Origin: Candidatus Woesearchaeota archaeon
Lineage (GTDB): Archaea > Nanobdellota > Nanobdellia > Pacearchaeales > GW2011-AR1
Assembly: GCA_964517885.1 (NCBI GenBank)
Contig: CAZFCT010000001.1
Span: 1 to 27,163 of the forward strand
Direction: 5' to 3'
Length of the DNA stretch: 27,163 nucleotides
In this document: positions 1 through 9,520 of the stretch, in pieces
How the letters are laid out: each line of letters opens with the position of its first letter
How positions within the stretch are numbered: the first letter of the stretch is position 1
The notes under the pieces: model-generated
What the model saw: the letters and a program-made list of their open reading frames with translations, nothing else
What the model was told of the DNA's origin: nothing
The model's database searches: none
Made by a program: the position numbers and the translations under genes

Positions 1-30
1 ATTTATAAACATTAATTTATTATTTTGTTT

Positions 31-882
31 ATGAAAAAAGGTGAAAAGAAATTTGTGTTGTCAAATCGTTGGCTTTATACTTTTATAATTTTAGGAATTT
101 TTGCTGTTGTTGGTGTTGGAGTTTATGCTTATGGAACTTCAAGTCCTTCTACATTTGGACATAGTGCTGGTGAAATTGATTTAAGCGGAGTGGGGAATAT
201 TATTTCATCTGGGTATATTCATGGAAGTATAACTGGGGGAGATGCAAATTTGGGAAGTTCAACATATGAAATTTCAGGAACAAACATTGCAGGACAAACT
301 GTTTATGCTTATGGTTCAATGTGTGTTGGAAATTCTGTGGGAGATTGTTCTGGAACAGATGGAACAGTAATTACTAATACAATGGTTTCTACAGGGACAG
401 TCCATACAGGCGATTGGTTCCGTTCATTTGGGCAATCTGGATGGTATTCTCAAACTTATGGGGGGGGTTGGCATATGACTGATACTCAATGGATAAGGGC
501 ATATAATGGTAAATCTGTTTATAGTGCTGGACATATTCAAGCAGGAGGAAATATGCAAGCAGCGGGAAATATGTATGCAGCTTCTTTTATTTATTCTTCA
601 GATGAATCTTTGAAAGCAAATATTACTCAATTAAATAATGCTTTAGAAAAAGTTAAACAACTTGAAGGAGTTTCATTTAATTGGAAAGATACAGGCAGAA
701 AAGATATGGGTCTAATTGCACAAGATGTTGAGAAAATTATTCCTGAAATTGTTCATACTTCTGAAGAAGGTTTGAAATCTGTTGAATATGGAAATTTAGT
801 TGCAATCTTGATTGAAGCAGTTAAAGAACAACAAGAAGAAATTGATTCATTACAAAAACAAATTGACGAGTTAAGAAATTAA
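31..882 (+). CDS. Membrane-anchored/secreted tail-fibre-like protein with a PilV/tail-fibre-like Trp-Gly segment and a C-terminal peptidase S74 (intramolecular chaperone) domain plus coiled coil
   Basis: ATG at 31 (the track starts at an upstream TTG at 25). N-terminal hydrophobic segment WLYTFIILGIFAVVGVGVYAY. Segment DWFRSFGQSGWYSQTYGGGWHMTDTQWIRAYNGK at 409-531. S74 hallmarks SDESLKANI...GLIAQDVEKIIPEIV...VEYGNLVAILIEAVKEQQ followed by a coiled coil. Confidence 0.85.
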   Translation: MKKGEKKFVLSNRWLYTFIILGIFAVVGVGVYAYGTSSPSTFGHSAGEIDLSGVGNIISSGYIHGSITGGDANLGSSTYEISGTNIAGQTVYAYGSMCVGNSVGDCSGTDGTVITNTMVSTGTVHTGDWFRSFGQSGWYSQTYGGGWHMTDTQWIRAYNGKSVYSAGHIQAGGNMQAAGNMYAASFIYSSDESLKANITQLNNALEKVKQLEGVSFNWKDTGRKDMGLIAQDVEKIIPEIVHTSEEGLKSVEYGNLVAILIEAVKEQQEEIDSLQKQIDELRN

Positions 883-883
883 A

Positions 884-1474
884 ATGGATAGAAATAAAAA
901 AGAAGATTCTATGCGAAATGTTAAAAATTTAATAAATAAAAAAGTTTTTTTAATTTTTATTTTTGCTTTAGTATTTAGTTTATCTTCTGTTTTAGGAGCA
1001 TCTTTATCTTCTAGTGAGAGTTATAAGTATAAAGTTTATGGCAATGAGGGAATTTCAAGTTGGAGTCGTCCGGGTTATACTATTTTTATTCCAACAGGTT
1101 CTGCTGCAGAATGGAGTGCATTTAAATCTGCTGCAAGAAGTTTATGGAATATGAATTTTTGCACTGCTACTGATGGAGTTTGGGGAGACTGGAGTTGTTC
1201 TTGTGATGCTTATTGTCTAAATTTAGCTTGTGGTTCCTATACTGCTACTGGAACTTATACCTGTACTCGTGTACATACTACGAATGCTTATTGTGGAGGA
1301 AGTGAACCTTCTGGTGAGTCTTCATATTCAGAACCTTGTACTAAAGATTGTAGTTATGGTAGTTGTACTGGATCTGTTTCATGTGATAATAATCCCTATA
1401 CTCCAGATCAATGGAAATGGGTTACTTGTATAGGCAATATTTGTGATGCTTCTTCTACTGGAATATGCAATTAA
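884..1474 (+). CDS. Secreted Cys-rich protein with a thrombospondin type-1-like segment
   Basis: Signal peptide-like FLIFIFALVFSLSSVLGA (alternative start ATG 911). Segment IFIPTGSAAEWSAF. TSP1-like pattern DGVWGDWSCSC...TYTCTR...YCGG. 14 Cys in the C-terminal ~105 aa. Confidence 0.6.
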   Translation: MDRNKKEDSMRNVKNLINKKVFLIFIFALVFSLSSVLGASLSSSESYKYKVYGNEGISSWSRPGYTIFIPTGSAAEWSAFKSAARSLWNMNFCTATDGVWGDWSCSCDAYCLNLACGSYTATGTYTCTRVHTTNAYCGGSEPSGESSYSEPCTKDCSYGSCTGSVSCDNNPYTPDQWKWVTCIGNICDASSTGICN

Positions 1475-1476
1475 TC

Positions 1477-2196
1477 TTATCCGAGATATTCTTTAATAAC
1501 TTCTTCGGAGTTTCCTTCTTTTATGATTTTTCCTTCTTTAATTAAAATTACCTTATTACAATATTTTTGGATTAAATTCATATCATGACTTACTAAAATT
1601 ACACTAACTCCTTCTTTCACAATTTCTTTTATTTTTTGCACATTCTTCTTTTTGAATTCCTCGTCTCCTACTTCAAATATTTCATCTAATAATAAAATTT
1701 CTGGATTGCAATGAACTGCTATAGAAAAAGCAACTTTTTGCAACATTCCGTTGGAGAATTTATGTAATCTTGTGTTTACATATTCTGTTAATCCTGAAAA
1801 TTCAACTATTGAATTAAATCTTTTTTTTATTTCTTTTCTACTTAATCCGAAAAGAGCACACAATAAAAAAATGTTATCTTTCATTGTTAGCATTTCTTGA
1901 AATCCAGACGCTAAATTAATCAGAGAAATTATGTTCCCGTTTGTTTCAATATCTCCACTGTTTTGTCTATAAATTCTAGAAATTGTCCTTAAAAGAGTGC
2001 TTTTTCCTGAACCATTATCTCCAATTATTCCGAGGATTTCTCCTGAATTTACATTTAATGAAACTTCTTTTATAACATCAAATTCGTTTTCGTTAATTTT
2101 TTTATTTTTTAAAGAAAGAATTACATTAAGAAAATTTTTTGAAGACGAATTTTTTTTAAATTTTTTTGAAACATTTTTTAAAATTATTCTTTCCAT
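1477..2196 (-). CDS. wzt: Polysaccharide/teichoic-acid-type ABC exporter ATP-binding subunit (Wzt/TagH family)
   Basis: Walker A GDNGSGKST, signature FSNGM, Walker B ILLLDE, H-loop VSHD. Overlaps the stop of the adjacent permease by 1 nt. No C-terminal carbohydrate-binding domain. Confidence 0.9.
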   Translation of the reverse strand: MERIILKNVSKKFKKNSSSKNFLNVILSLKNKKINENEFDVIKEVSLNVNSGEILGIIGDNGSGKSTLLRTISRIYRQNSGDIETNGNIISLINLASGFQEMLTMKDNIFLLCALFGLSRKEIKKRFNSIVEFSGLTEYVNTRLHKFSNGMLQKVAFSIAVHCNPEILLLDEIFEVGDEEFKKKNVQKIKEIVKEGVSVILVSHDMNLIQKYCNKVILIKEGKIIKEGNSEEVIKEYLG

Positions 2197-2957
2197 TATA
2201 TCCTCTCCATAAATTTATGATTTAACTTTTCAAAAACAAAAACACCTAATAATAAAAATGAAACACTAAAAATAATTATTCCACAAATCATCCATGTTTC
2301 AGGTATCTTTTGATATATTATTATTTCTCTGGAAACTTTAATAAAATAATACAATGGGTTTAAAAGATTTATCTTGAATAAGAAAGTTCCTTTTTCTATT
2401 TCATAAAATATTGGAGTTCCAAACCAAATTAGTTTAGAAGCAAAAGCCCATATATTTTTAATATCCACAAAAAAAACAGATAGTGCACTAAGCAGAAGAG
2501 ATACTCCAAATATGAATAATGTAATAAATACGAGGATTAAAGGATAAAAAAAGATATTTGAAATATTAACTCCTAAATAAATCATAAAGAAAACTAGAAC
2601 TATAAATTCAAATATATGTGAATAGAGAAATTTTAAAACACTTCCTCCAACGAATGCAGAACGCGGAAAATTTATTGATTTGAAAATATGCCTGTTGTTT
2701 CTTATTAATTCTGTAGATTCACTTGTAGCTGACTGAAAAAAATTAAATATAATAATTCCTACAAATAAATATAGAGGATAATTTTTTATTTCAGAACCTA
2801 AATTCTGGGAGAATATAAAAAATAATAAACCAAAAAATAAAATCGGATTTAAAATATACCATAAAATTCCTAAATAACTCCCTTCGTTTCTTAATTTAAA
2901 TCCAGATTTTGCTAGATAAAAACTTAATTCAAGAAACCGTTTTATTTTTTTCTTCAT
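2196..2957 (-). CDS. wzm: ABC-2 type glycan exporter permease (Wzm/TagG family)
   Basis: About six TM segments. Family-typical GSYLGILWYILNP, KSINFPR, WFGTPIFY and LNPLYYFI. Upstream of and coupled to the wzt-like gene. Confidence 0.9.
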   Translation of the reverse strand: MKKKIKRFLELSFYLAKSGFKLRNEGSYLGILWYILNPILFFGLLFFIFSQNLGSEIKNYPLYLFVGIIIFNFFQSATSESTELIRNNRHIFKSINFPRSAFVGGSVLKFLYSHIFEFIVLVFFMIYLGVNISNIFFYPLILVFITLFIFGVSLLLSALSVFFVDIKNIWAFASKLIWFGTPIFYEIEKGTFLFKINLLNPLYYFIKVSREIIIYQKIPETWMICGIIIFSVSFLLLGVFVFEKLNHKFMERI

Positions 2958-3064
2958 AAATATTAACTCTTTTTCTAGTTTAAATTTTTATTTATTTTAT
3001 ATTGATAAATCTTATTCTTAAAAGATTTAGAAATGTTTTTAAATAAGTTAATCTTAAACTATTT

Positions 3065-3523
3065 ATGGAAAAAGGTGGTTTCAATAAATTAAATTTTAAA
3101 AGTATTTTAATCGTTGCAGCAATTTTAATTGTTATTATATCCCTAGTCGTATTTTTCTTTTGGCCCAAAGATAATTCCTTATTATCTGAAAAAGAGGTTT
3201 TGGATTATTGGGATATTTGTGGGTTAATTAAAATAGATATTAAAGAGGTAAATTGTGATGCTCAAGGATTTTGTGATGTTACAGTTCAAAAAGTTTCTGG
3301 AGAAAACATTGGAGGGTTTTATTTGTCCTTCTTGAATTCATTAGAAGAAGATAAAGAAGTTAGAGTATCAGAAAATTTTTCTTTTTCTCAAGAAGTTACT
3401 GTAGAAGTTGAAGGATTGGTTAATAGTGAAAGTATTGAATTGTTGCCTTTTATCCACGACACAACTAATGGAAGAAATATTGAACTTTATTGTTTTGAGT
3501 CTAAAAGTAATTATTCTTTTTAG
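3065..3523 (+). CDS. Small N-terminally anchored extracellular protein, possibly pilin-like beta domain
   Basis: One TM helix (ILIVAAILIVIISLVVFFFW), then a beta-rich domain with 4 Cys. No clear class III cleavage site. Confidence 0.55.
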   Translation: MEKGGFNKLNFKSILIVAAILIVIISLVVFFFWPKDNSLLSEKEVLDYWDICGLIKIDIKEVNCDAQGFCDVTVQKVSGENIGGFYLSFLNSLEEDKEVRVSENFSFSQEVTVEVEGLVNSESIELLPFIHDTTNGRNIELYCFESKSNYSF

Positions 3524-3563
3524 TTTTCTATAATTTTATATATCTTTTTTATTTAATATTTGA

Positions 3564-5066
3564 ATGATAAATTTTTTTAAAAAAATTGGGTTAAATAAAA
3601 AACAATTTATATTTTTTTTACTTGTTTGTCTTTTTGTTTCAATAATTTCTTTTTGTTTGCACTTTTTTAGTCAACCAAATATTTCTTTTTTCCCATCTCA
3701 TGTAGACGAATGGCATCATCTTTCACAAGCGAGGAATTTAGAAGAAGGTTCATACAATTTTAATTCTCTTCCTTCTTTAGAAATAGGTTTTCATTTTTTT
3801 CTTTTTTTATTAAATAAAATTTTCTCCTTAGTTCCTTTTTATAAAGTGATTTCTTTATTCTGGATATTTTTAACTTCAATTATCTTATTTTTTCTTATAT
3901 ATAAAATAACAGAAAAAAATTTCTTTGTTTCTATTTTTTCTATTTTATTTTTTGGAGCAATTGGAAGAGATAATCTTTTTTTAGGTTTCCCCCTTTTTAC
4001 TCCCTTAACTTTTGCAACGCCTCTTATTTTTATATATCTCTTTTTATTTATAGAAGGATTACAACAAAAAAACAAAAAAACTATTTTTATTAGTTTAATA
4101 ATTATGTTATCTCTAATATTATTTCATGCTCCCTCTGTTCTCTTTTCTTTTCCAATTCTAATTTTTTATCTTTTTTTATATAAAGAATTTGTGAAAAAAG
4201 AATTTCAATTTTTTTTACTTTTTTTGTTAGTTCCTTTAGGAGGTTTGTTTTTTTATCAATTAACAACAAAAATTAATTTATTTAATTTAAAAAATATTTT
4301 TAATCTTCTTATTTTTCCTAATAATTGGGGAGGTGTTAAAATAACAAATATTTCTTTTGTAAATCTTTATCCTTTAATTGGATTTCTTTTAGGCATTGTT
4401 GGCGGAATTGGTGTTTTTATTCAAAAAAGGAAAAAATATTTTCCTTATTTTCTTCTGGCAGGATACTTATTTATTTCCTTATTAATTTTTAATATTTTTA
4501 AAATTTCTTTATTTTCTCCTGTTCAGAGAAATTATTATTATTTTCTTCTTAGTTTACCCTTCTTGAGTTCATTGGGTTTTAATTACCTTTTGAATTTTTT
4601 TAAAAAACATTTAAACAAGATAGATACTCTTGCTAGATATAAAAAAATAAAAAAGGGTTTAGTTGTTTTTTTGATAATCTGTATTCTTTTTTTAATATAT
4701 TTCCCTTTATTTTTAGAAAGAGAATCTTTTTCTTATCAGACAATAAGTGCTGAAGAATACGCTGATTTGAAATACCTGTCTCAATTTCCTCTCGGAAATG
4801 TAATTGCTCCTTTACAATATCTTTCTGTAGCTATAAAATCTGTTTCAGGACACGAGCCAATTGCAACGCCGTATTTTTTTGGTGATGATGTCATTAGAGA
4901 AGATGTTAATCATTTTTTTGAAGAGATAACTTGTGCTGAAAAAAAATTTATTATTAAAAAATATTTTATAAGATATATAATTTCAAAAGAAAAAATCTCT
5001 TGCGAGGGATATAATTTGTTATATTACCACAATCTTTATATTTATAATACGTCCTTAGTTGATTAA
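3564..5066 (+). CDS. Polytopic membrane protein, probable GT-C fold glycosyltransferase
   Basis: About 11-12 TM segments. Acidic pair in the first external loop (HVDEWHHL), as in GT-C enzymes. Soluble C-terminal tail. Lies inside the glycosyltransferase cluster. Confidence 0.6.
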   Translation: MINFFKKIGLNKKQFIFFLLVCLFVSIISFCLHFFSQPNISFFPSHVDEWHHLSQARNLEEGSYNFNSLPSLEIGFHFFLFLLNKIFSLVPFYKVISLFWIFLTSIILFFLIYKITEKNFFVSIFSILFFGAIGRDNLFLGFPLFTPLTFATPLIFIYLFLFIEGLQQKNKKTIFISLIIMLSLILFHAPSVLFSFPILIFYLFLYKEFVKKEFQFFLLFLLVPLGGLFFYQLTTKINLFNLKNIFNLLIFPNNWGGVKITNISFVNLYPLIGFLLGIVGGIGVFIQKRKKYFPYFLLAGYLFISLLIFNIFKISLFSPVQRNYYYFLLSLPFLSSLGFNYLLNFFKKHLNKIDTLARYKKIKKGLVVFLIICILFLIYFPLFLERESFSYQTISAEEYADLKYLSQFPLGNVIAPLQYLSVAIKSVSGHEPIATPYFFGDDVIREDVNHFFEEITCAEKKFIIKKYFIRYIISKEKISCEGYNLLYYHNLYIYNTSLVD

Positions 5067-6201
5067 GATGGTTTCAGTTAAAATTCCAGAAATATCTATA
5101 ATCCTTCCATGTAGAAATGAAGAAAAAGCATTGAGTTTTTGTCTTGAAAATATTAAAGAAGTCATTAAAAAGAATGATCTTAATGCAGAAATAATTGTTT
5201 CTGATTCTTCTTCTGATAAATCACCTGAAATTGCGAAGGAACATAGTGTTGTTTTAATAAAACATAATAAAGAAGGATATGGAAATGCTTATCTTGAGGG
5301 ACTTAAACATGCGAAGGGAGAATATATTTTTATGGCAGATGCTGATGGAACTTATGATTTTAGAGAAATTCCTAAATTTATTAATTATTTAAAAAATGGT
5401 TATGGTTTTGTTATAGGAAATAGGTTTGGTGGAAGAATAGAAAAAAAAGCTATGCCTTGGTCTCATAAATATTTAGGAAATCCTGTTTTGTCTTTTTTAT
5501 TGAGATCTTTTTTTAAAACAAAAATTCGTGATGCTCATTGCGGAATGAGGGCAATAAAAAAAGATGCTTTGATAAAATTGGATTTGAAAACAACAGGGAT
5601 GGAATTTGCTTCTGAAATGATTATTAAAGCATTGAGAAATAATCTTAAAATAAAAGAAATTCCAATTAATTATTCTTGCAGAAAAGGAAAATCAAAACTT
5701 CGTTCATTATCTGATGGATGGAGACATCTTCGTTTTATGCTTTTGTATTCGCCTTTCTTTTTGTTTTTAATTCCAGGATTTATTCTTTTATTATTAGGAA
5801 TTATATCTGGAATCTTAATTTATTCTGGAATTGGTTTTTTTGGAATGACTTTTTTTTATCATCCTCTTTTTTTATCTTCTTTGTTTTTAATTTCAGGATA
5901 TCAAATTATTCTTTTTTTTATTTTTGCTAAAACTTATGCAATTAATCAATTAGGAGATAAACCTGTTTTGAATAATTTTTATAAATTTTTTTCTGTGGAA
6001 TTTGGAATTCTTGTAGGGCTTCTTTTTATTGTTGGAGGCTTAATTATTTATTCTTGTTTATTTTCTGGTTGGCTTAAAAGTTTTGGAGAGTTTGGGATTG
6101 CAGAAACAAAAAATTCAATTCTTGCATTTACTTTTATTATCCTTGGGATTCAGACAATTTCATCATCTTTTATGTTAAGTATCTTAGGGATTAAAAAATG
6201 A
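5059..6201 (+). CDS. GT2 dolichol-phosphate-hexose synthase-like glycosyltransferase with C-terminal TM helices
   Basis: ISIILPCRNEE, IIVSDSSSDKS, NKEGYGNA, DADGTYD, DAHCGMRAI and FASEMIIKA; hydrophobic C-terminal third. Likely start ATG 5068. Confidence 0.88.
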   Translation: MIKMVSVKIPEISIILPCRNEEKALSFCLENIKEVIKKNDLNAEIIVSDSSSDKSPEIAKEHSVVLIKHNKEGYGNAYLEGLKHAKGEYIFMADADGTYDFREIPKFINYLKNGYGFVIGNRFGGRIEKKAMPWSHKYLGNPVLSFLLRSFFKTKIRDAHCGMRAIKKDALIKLDLKTTGMEFASEMIIKALRNNLKIKEIPINYSCRKGKSKLRSLSDGWRHLRFMLLYSPFFLFLIPGFILLLLGIISGILIYSGIGFFGMTFFYHPLFLSSLFLISGYQIILFFIFAKTYAINQLGDKPVLNNFYKFFSVEFGILVGLLFIVGGLIIYSCLFSGWLKSFGEFGIAETKNSILAFTFIILGIQTISSSFMLSILGIKK

Positions 6202-7295
6202 AAATAGCGATTTTTCATAATTTTATGGATAATATTGGCGGTGCAGAAATTGTTTGTTTAAATTTAGCAAGGGAACTAAATGCAGACTTATATACAACAA
6301 ATATTGACGAAGATAAAATTCGTAAAATGGGTTTTGAAGATATTCTGTTTAGAATAAAATCAATTGGAAAGGTTCCTAGGGAAGCTCCTTTTAGACAACA
6401 GATTACTTTTATGAAATTTCGTAAATTGAATTTATCTGGGAAATACGATTTTTTTATTATTGGAGGAGATTGGGCGATTTCTGCTGCAGTTAATAATAAA
6501 CCAAACATAGAATATTTTCATTCGCCTTTAAATGAAATTTGGGAATTTAGAGATTATGTTAGAAAATCTTTGAAGCCGTGGATGAAACCAATTTACCACA
6601 TTTGGACTAATTATGTTAGAATTTTTTATAAAAAATATTTTAAACACGTTGAAAAAAGAGTTTGTAATTCAAAAAATACTCAGGATAGAATTAAAAAATA
6701 TCTAAATAGTGATGCGAGAATAATTTTCCCTCCTGTTGATACAAAGAAATATCATTTTGAAAAATCAAAAAATTTTTGGCTTTCTGTTAATAGACTTACT
6801 GCTCACAAAAGAATTGATATACAATTAAAAGCATTTAAAAAAATTCCAGAACAGAAATTAATTATTGTTGGTTCTTATGAAAATTCAAGAAGTTTTCTTC
6901 AGGAAAAAAAACATTTAGAAAAGATACTTCCCCCAAATGTGAAAATTGTTCATTGGGCTGATGATGAAAAATTGAAAGAACTTTATTCAACTTGTAAGGG
7001 ATTTATTACAACTGCAAAAGATGAGGATTTTGGTATGACTGCAATTGAAGCGATGGCCTCAGGAAAACCAGTTATTGCCCCAAATGAGGGGGGTTATAAA
7101 GAATCTATTATAGACGGAAAAACAGGAATTTTAATAGAAAATATCGATGAAGAAAAACTTGCAGAATCAGTTGAAAAATTAGGTGTAGAGTTAAAAAAGA
7201 AAACTAATAAATATAATGGGGCTTGTATAAAACAAGCGAGAAAATTTGATATTGAGAATTTTATTAAACAAATCAAAGAGGAAATAGGGGAATGA
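6198..7295 (+). CDS. GT4 (GT-B) glycosyltransferase
   Basis: N-terminal IGGAE; C-terminal EDFGMTAIEAMASGKPVIA. ATGA overlap with the upstream gene. Confidence 0.92.
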   Translation: MKIAIFHNFMDNIGGAEIVCLNLARELNADLYTTNIDEDKIRKMGFEDILFRIKSIGKVPREAPFRQQITFMKFRKLNLSGKYDFFIIGGDWAISAAVNNKPNIEYFHSPLNEIWEFRDYVRKSLKPWMKPIYHIWTNYVRIFYKKYFKHVEKRVCNSKNTQDRIKKYLNSDARIIFPPVDTKKYHFEKSKNFWLSVNRLTAHKRIDIQLKAFKKIPEQKLIIVGSYENSRSFLQEKKHLEKILPPNVKIVHWADDEKLKELYSTCKGFITTAKDEDFGMTAIEAMASGKPVIAPNEGGYKESIIDGKTGILIENIDEEKLAESVEKLGVELKKKTNKYNGACIKQARKFDIENFIKQIKEEIGE

Positions 7296-8440
7296 AAGAT
7301 AAATCTATAAAAAATAATGAGTGCCCCCTTGTAAGTATAATAATTCCTACATATAATAGGGGGTATATCCTCTCCCGATCAATTGATTCTGTTCTGAAAC
7401 AATCTTATAAAAATTGGGAGTGTATTGTTATTGACGATTTTAGTAATGATAATACTGAAGATATCACTGAAGAATATATAAAAAAAGATAAGAGAATAAA
7501 ATATTTAAGAAATACACATAAAAAGGGTCCTTCTGGGGCAAGAAATTGTGGAATTGAGGTTTCTAAAGGAGAATATGTTGCTTTTCTTGATTCTGATGAT
7601 GAATGGATGCCTTTCCATTTGATGGATAGTGTTAATGCATTAGAAGAATTTAAAGTAGGTTTTTGCACTTCTATGTGGTATATAGAATCTAATAATAAGT
7701 TATTAGACTTCCAAGAGAGTGGTCAAATGGAAAAAATAAATGAGGGTATAAAATTAAAATCTCCTTTTAGAAGAGGAGATATTTATCTTTTTAGAAACAA
7801 TAAAGATATTTACCACCTTTTTCTTTCAAATGACTTTTTATATCTCTCTTTTTTTTGGACAAGTATAATGGTTATTAAAAAATCTGTTTTTGAATTTATT
7901 GGCTTATTTAATGAGGATCTTTTTATTTATGAAGATATAGATTTATTTCATAGATTATTCTTAAATTTTGATTTTGTTTTTATAAATCAATATTCCGCTA
8001 TATGGCATGAAGGAATGGATAATCTTTATAGATTTAAAGGTAATTCTGATTTTAATGATAATCTGTTTGGACTGGATCCTTATTTCTTGGATAAAGAGGA
8101 ATTTTTATTAAAGAATTCTATCTCTGGTGCTGGGTTTATCATTAAAAGGATAAAAAAATTAAATGGAAATTTTAATAATGAAATTTCTTTTCTTAAATCA
8201 GTTATCTTTGATAACTATTCTAAACTAGAAAAAATTGAAAGAATTCGAAAAAATTATGTGAAAAAATATTATTATTTTTTTTCTAAAATTAGTAATATTT
8301 ATTGTCTTATTTCTATAATATATTCTTATTTTGATAAGATTTTTGGTATTTGTGGGATTTGGTTAAAAAAGAAGAATCCTTCAACATATAAAAAGTTAAA
8401 AAAAATATTTCTATTTAGAAATAAGAAAAAATCAAAATGA
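7292..8440 (+). CDS. GT2 (GT-A) glycosyltransferase
   Basis: VSIIIPTYNR, IDDFSND, GPSGARN, FLDSDD and EDIDL. ATGA overlap. Confidence 0.92.
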   Translation: MKDKSIKNNECPLVSIIIPTYNRGYILSRSIDSVLKQSYKNWECIVIDDFSNDNTEDITEEYIKKDKRIKYLRNTHKKGPSGARNCGIEVSKGEYVAFLDSDDEWMPFHLMDSVNALEEFKVGFCTSMWYIESNNKLLDFQESGQMEKINEGIKLKSPFRRGDIYLFRNNKDIYHLFLSNDFLYLSFFWTSIMVIKKSVFEFIGLFNEDLFIYEDIDLFHRLFLNFDFVFINQYSAIWHEGMDNLYRFKGNSDFNDNLFGLDPYFLDKEEFLLKNSISGAGFIIKRIKKLNGNFNNEISFLKSVIFDNYSKLEKIERIRKNYVKKYYYFFSKISNIYCLISIIYSYFDKIFGICGIWLKKKNPSTYKKLKKIFLFRNKKKSK

Positions 8441-9513
8441 AAAATCCAAAAATTTCAGTAATAATCCCTGTTTATAATGTTGAAAAATATCTGAGAGAAT
8501 GTTTAGATTCTGTTATTAACCAAACATTTAGAGATATTGAAATAATTTGTATTAATGATGGTTCTACAGATAATTCTTTAAATATTTTAGAAGAATATAA
8601 AAGGATAGATAAAAGGATAAAAATTATTCATCAAAAAAATAAAGGAATGTCTGTTGCTAGGAATAATGGAATGAAGATTGCTAAAGGAAAATATATTTGT
8701 TTTGTAGATTCAGATGATTGGGTTGATAAAAAAATGTGTGAATTATTTTATTTAATTAGCAAGAAGAATAATTTAGATATTTTAGTCGGAGGATCAAATT
8801 TAATTTATGAAAGGAGGGTCCTTAGGAAAATTGTTAAAACTGATTCTCGTTATTCTTTATCTAATCTGAAAACTTTTGATAATGAAATTTTTTATTGGAA
8901 AAATATAAACAATTTGTTTCAAATTAATCTTTGTGTCTGGGGGAAATTATATAAAAAAGATTTTTTAAAAAAAATAAATATATCTTTTCCTGAAGGAATG
9001 TTTCATGAAGATTATCTTTTTTATTTAAAAACAATTCTTTTAGCAAATAAAATTGGTCTTCTCAGAAATAATTTGTATAATTATAGGAAATTAAGAAAAG
9101 GAGCAATTACTTATAAAATTAAAGATAAAAATCTAATGGATATTATTAAAATTATGGAAATGTGTAAAGAATTTTTGGTCGAAAAAGGTTTTTGGGATGA
9201 ATTAAAAAAAGAATTTATAGAATTTAAATTTGATACTTTTGATAATTTCTATAAATCTACAAAACATAAAAGAAAAATGTTTTATTTAATGAAAAAATCT
9301 TTATCCAAAGAAGAATTTGATAATTTAGAGATTCCTGCTGTCAAAAAAATTTATTTTTCTTTTCTTAATTCTAATTCTCTTATTAAATTTTTTATTTTTC
9401 GTCTTTTTTATAAAAACATTATTTTTTTAGATAATCTTATTGGAAAATTGGGGATTTTTCTTAAGAAAAAAAATCCTAATTTATACTTTACTTTAAAAAG
9501 ATTTATAGGTTAA
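8437..9513 (+). CDS. GT2 (GT-A) glycosyltransferase
   Basis: ISVIIPVYNVEKYLRECLDS, INDGSTD, ARNNG, FVDSDD and HEDYLF. ATGA overlap. Confidence 0.93.
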   Translation: MKNPKISVIIPVYNVEKYLRECLDSVINQTFRDIEIICINDGSTDNSLNILEEYKRIDKRIKIIHQKNKGMSVARNNGMKIAKGKYICFVDSDDWVDKKMCELFYLISKKNNLDILVGGSNLIYERRVLRKIVKTDSRYSLSNLKTFDNEIFYWKNINNLFQINLCVWGKLYKKDFLKKINISFPEGMFHEDYLFYLKTILLANKIGLLRNNLYNYRKLRKGAITYKIKDKNLMDIIKIMEMCKEFLVEKGFWDELKKEFIEFKFDTFDNFYKSTKHKRKMFYLMKKSLSKEEFDNLEIPAVKKIYFSFLNSNSLIKFFIFRLFYKNIIFLDNLIGKLGIFLKKKNPNLYFTLKRFIG

Positions 9514-9520
9514 TTAAAAT

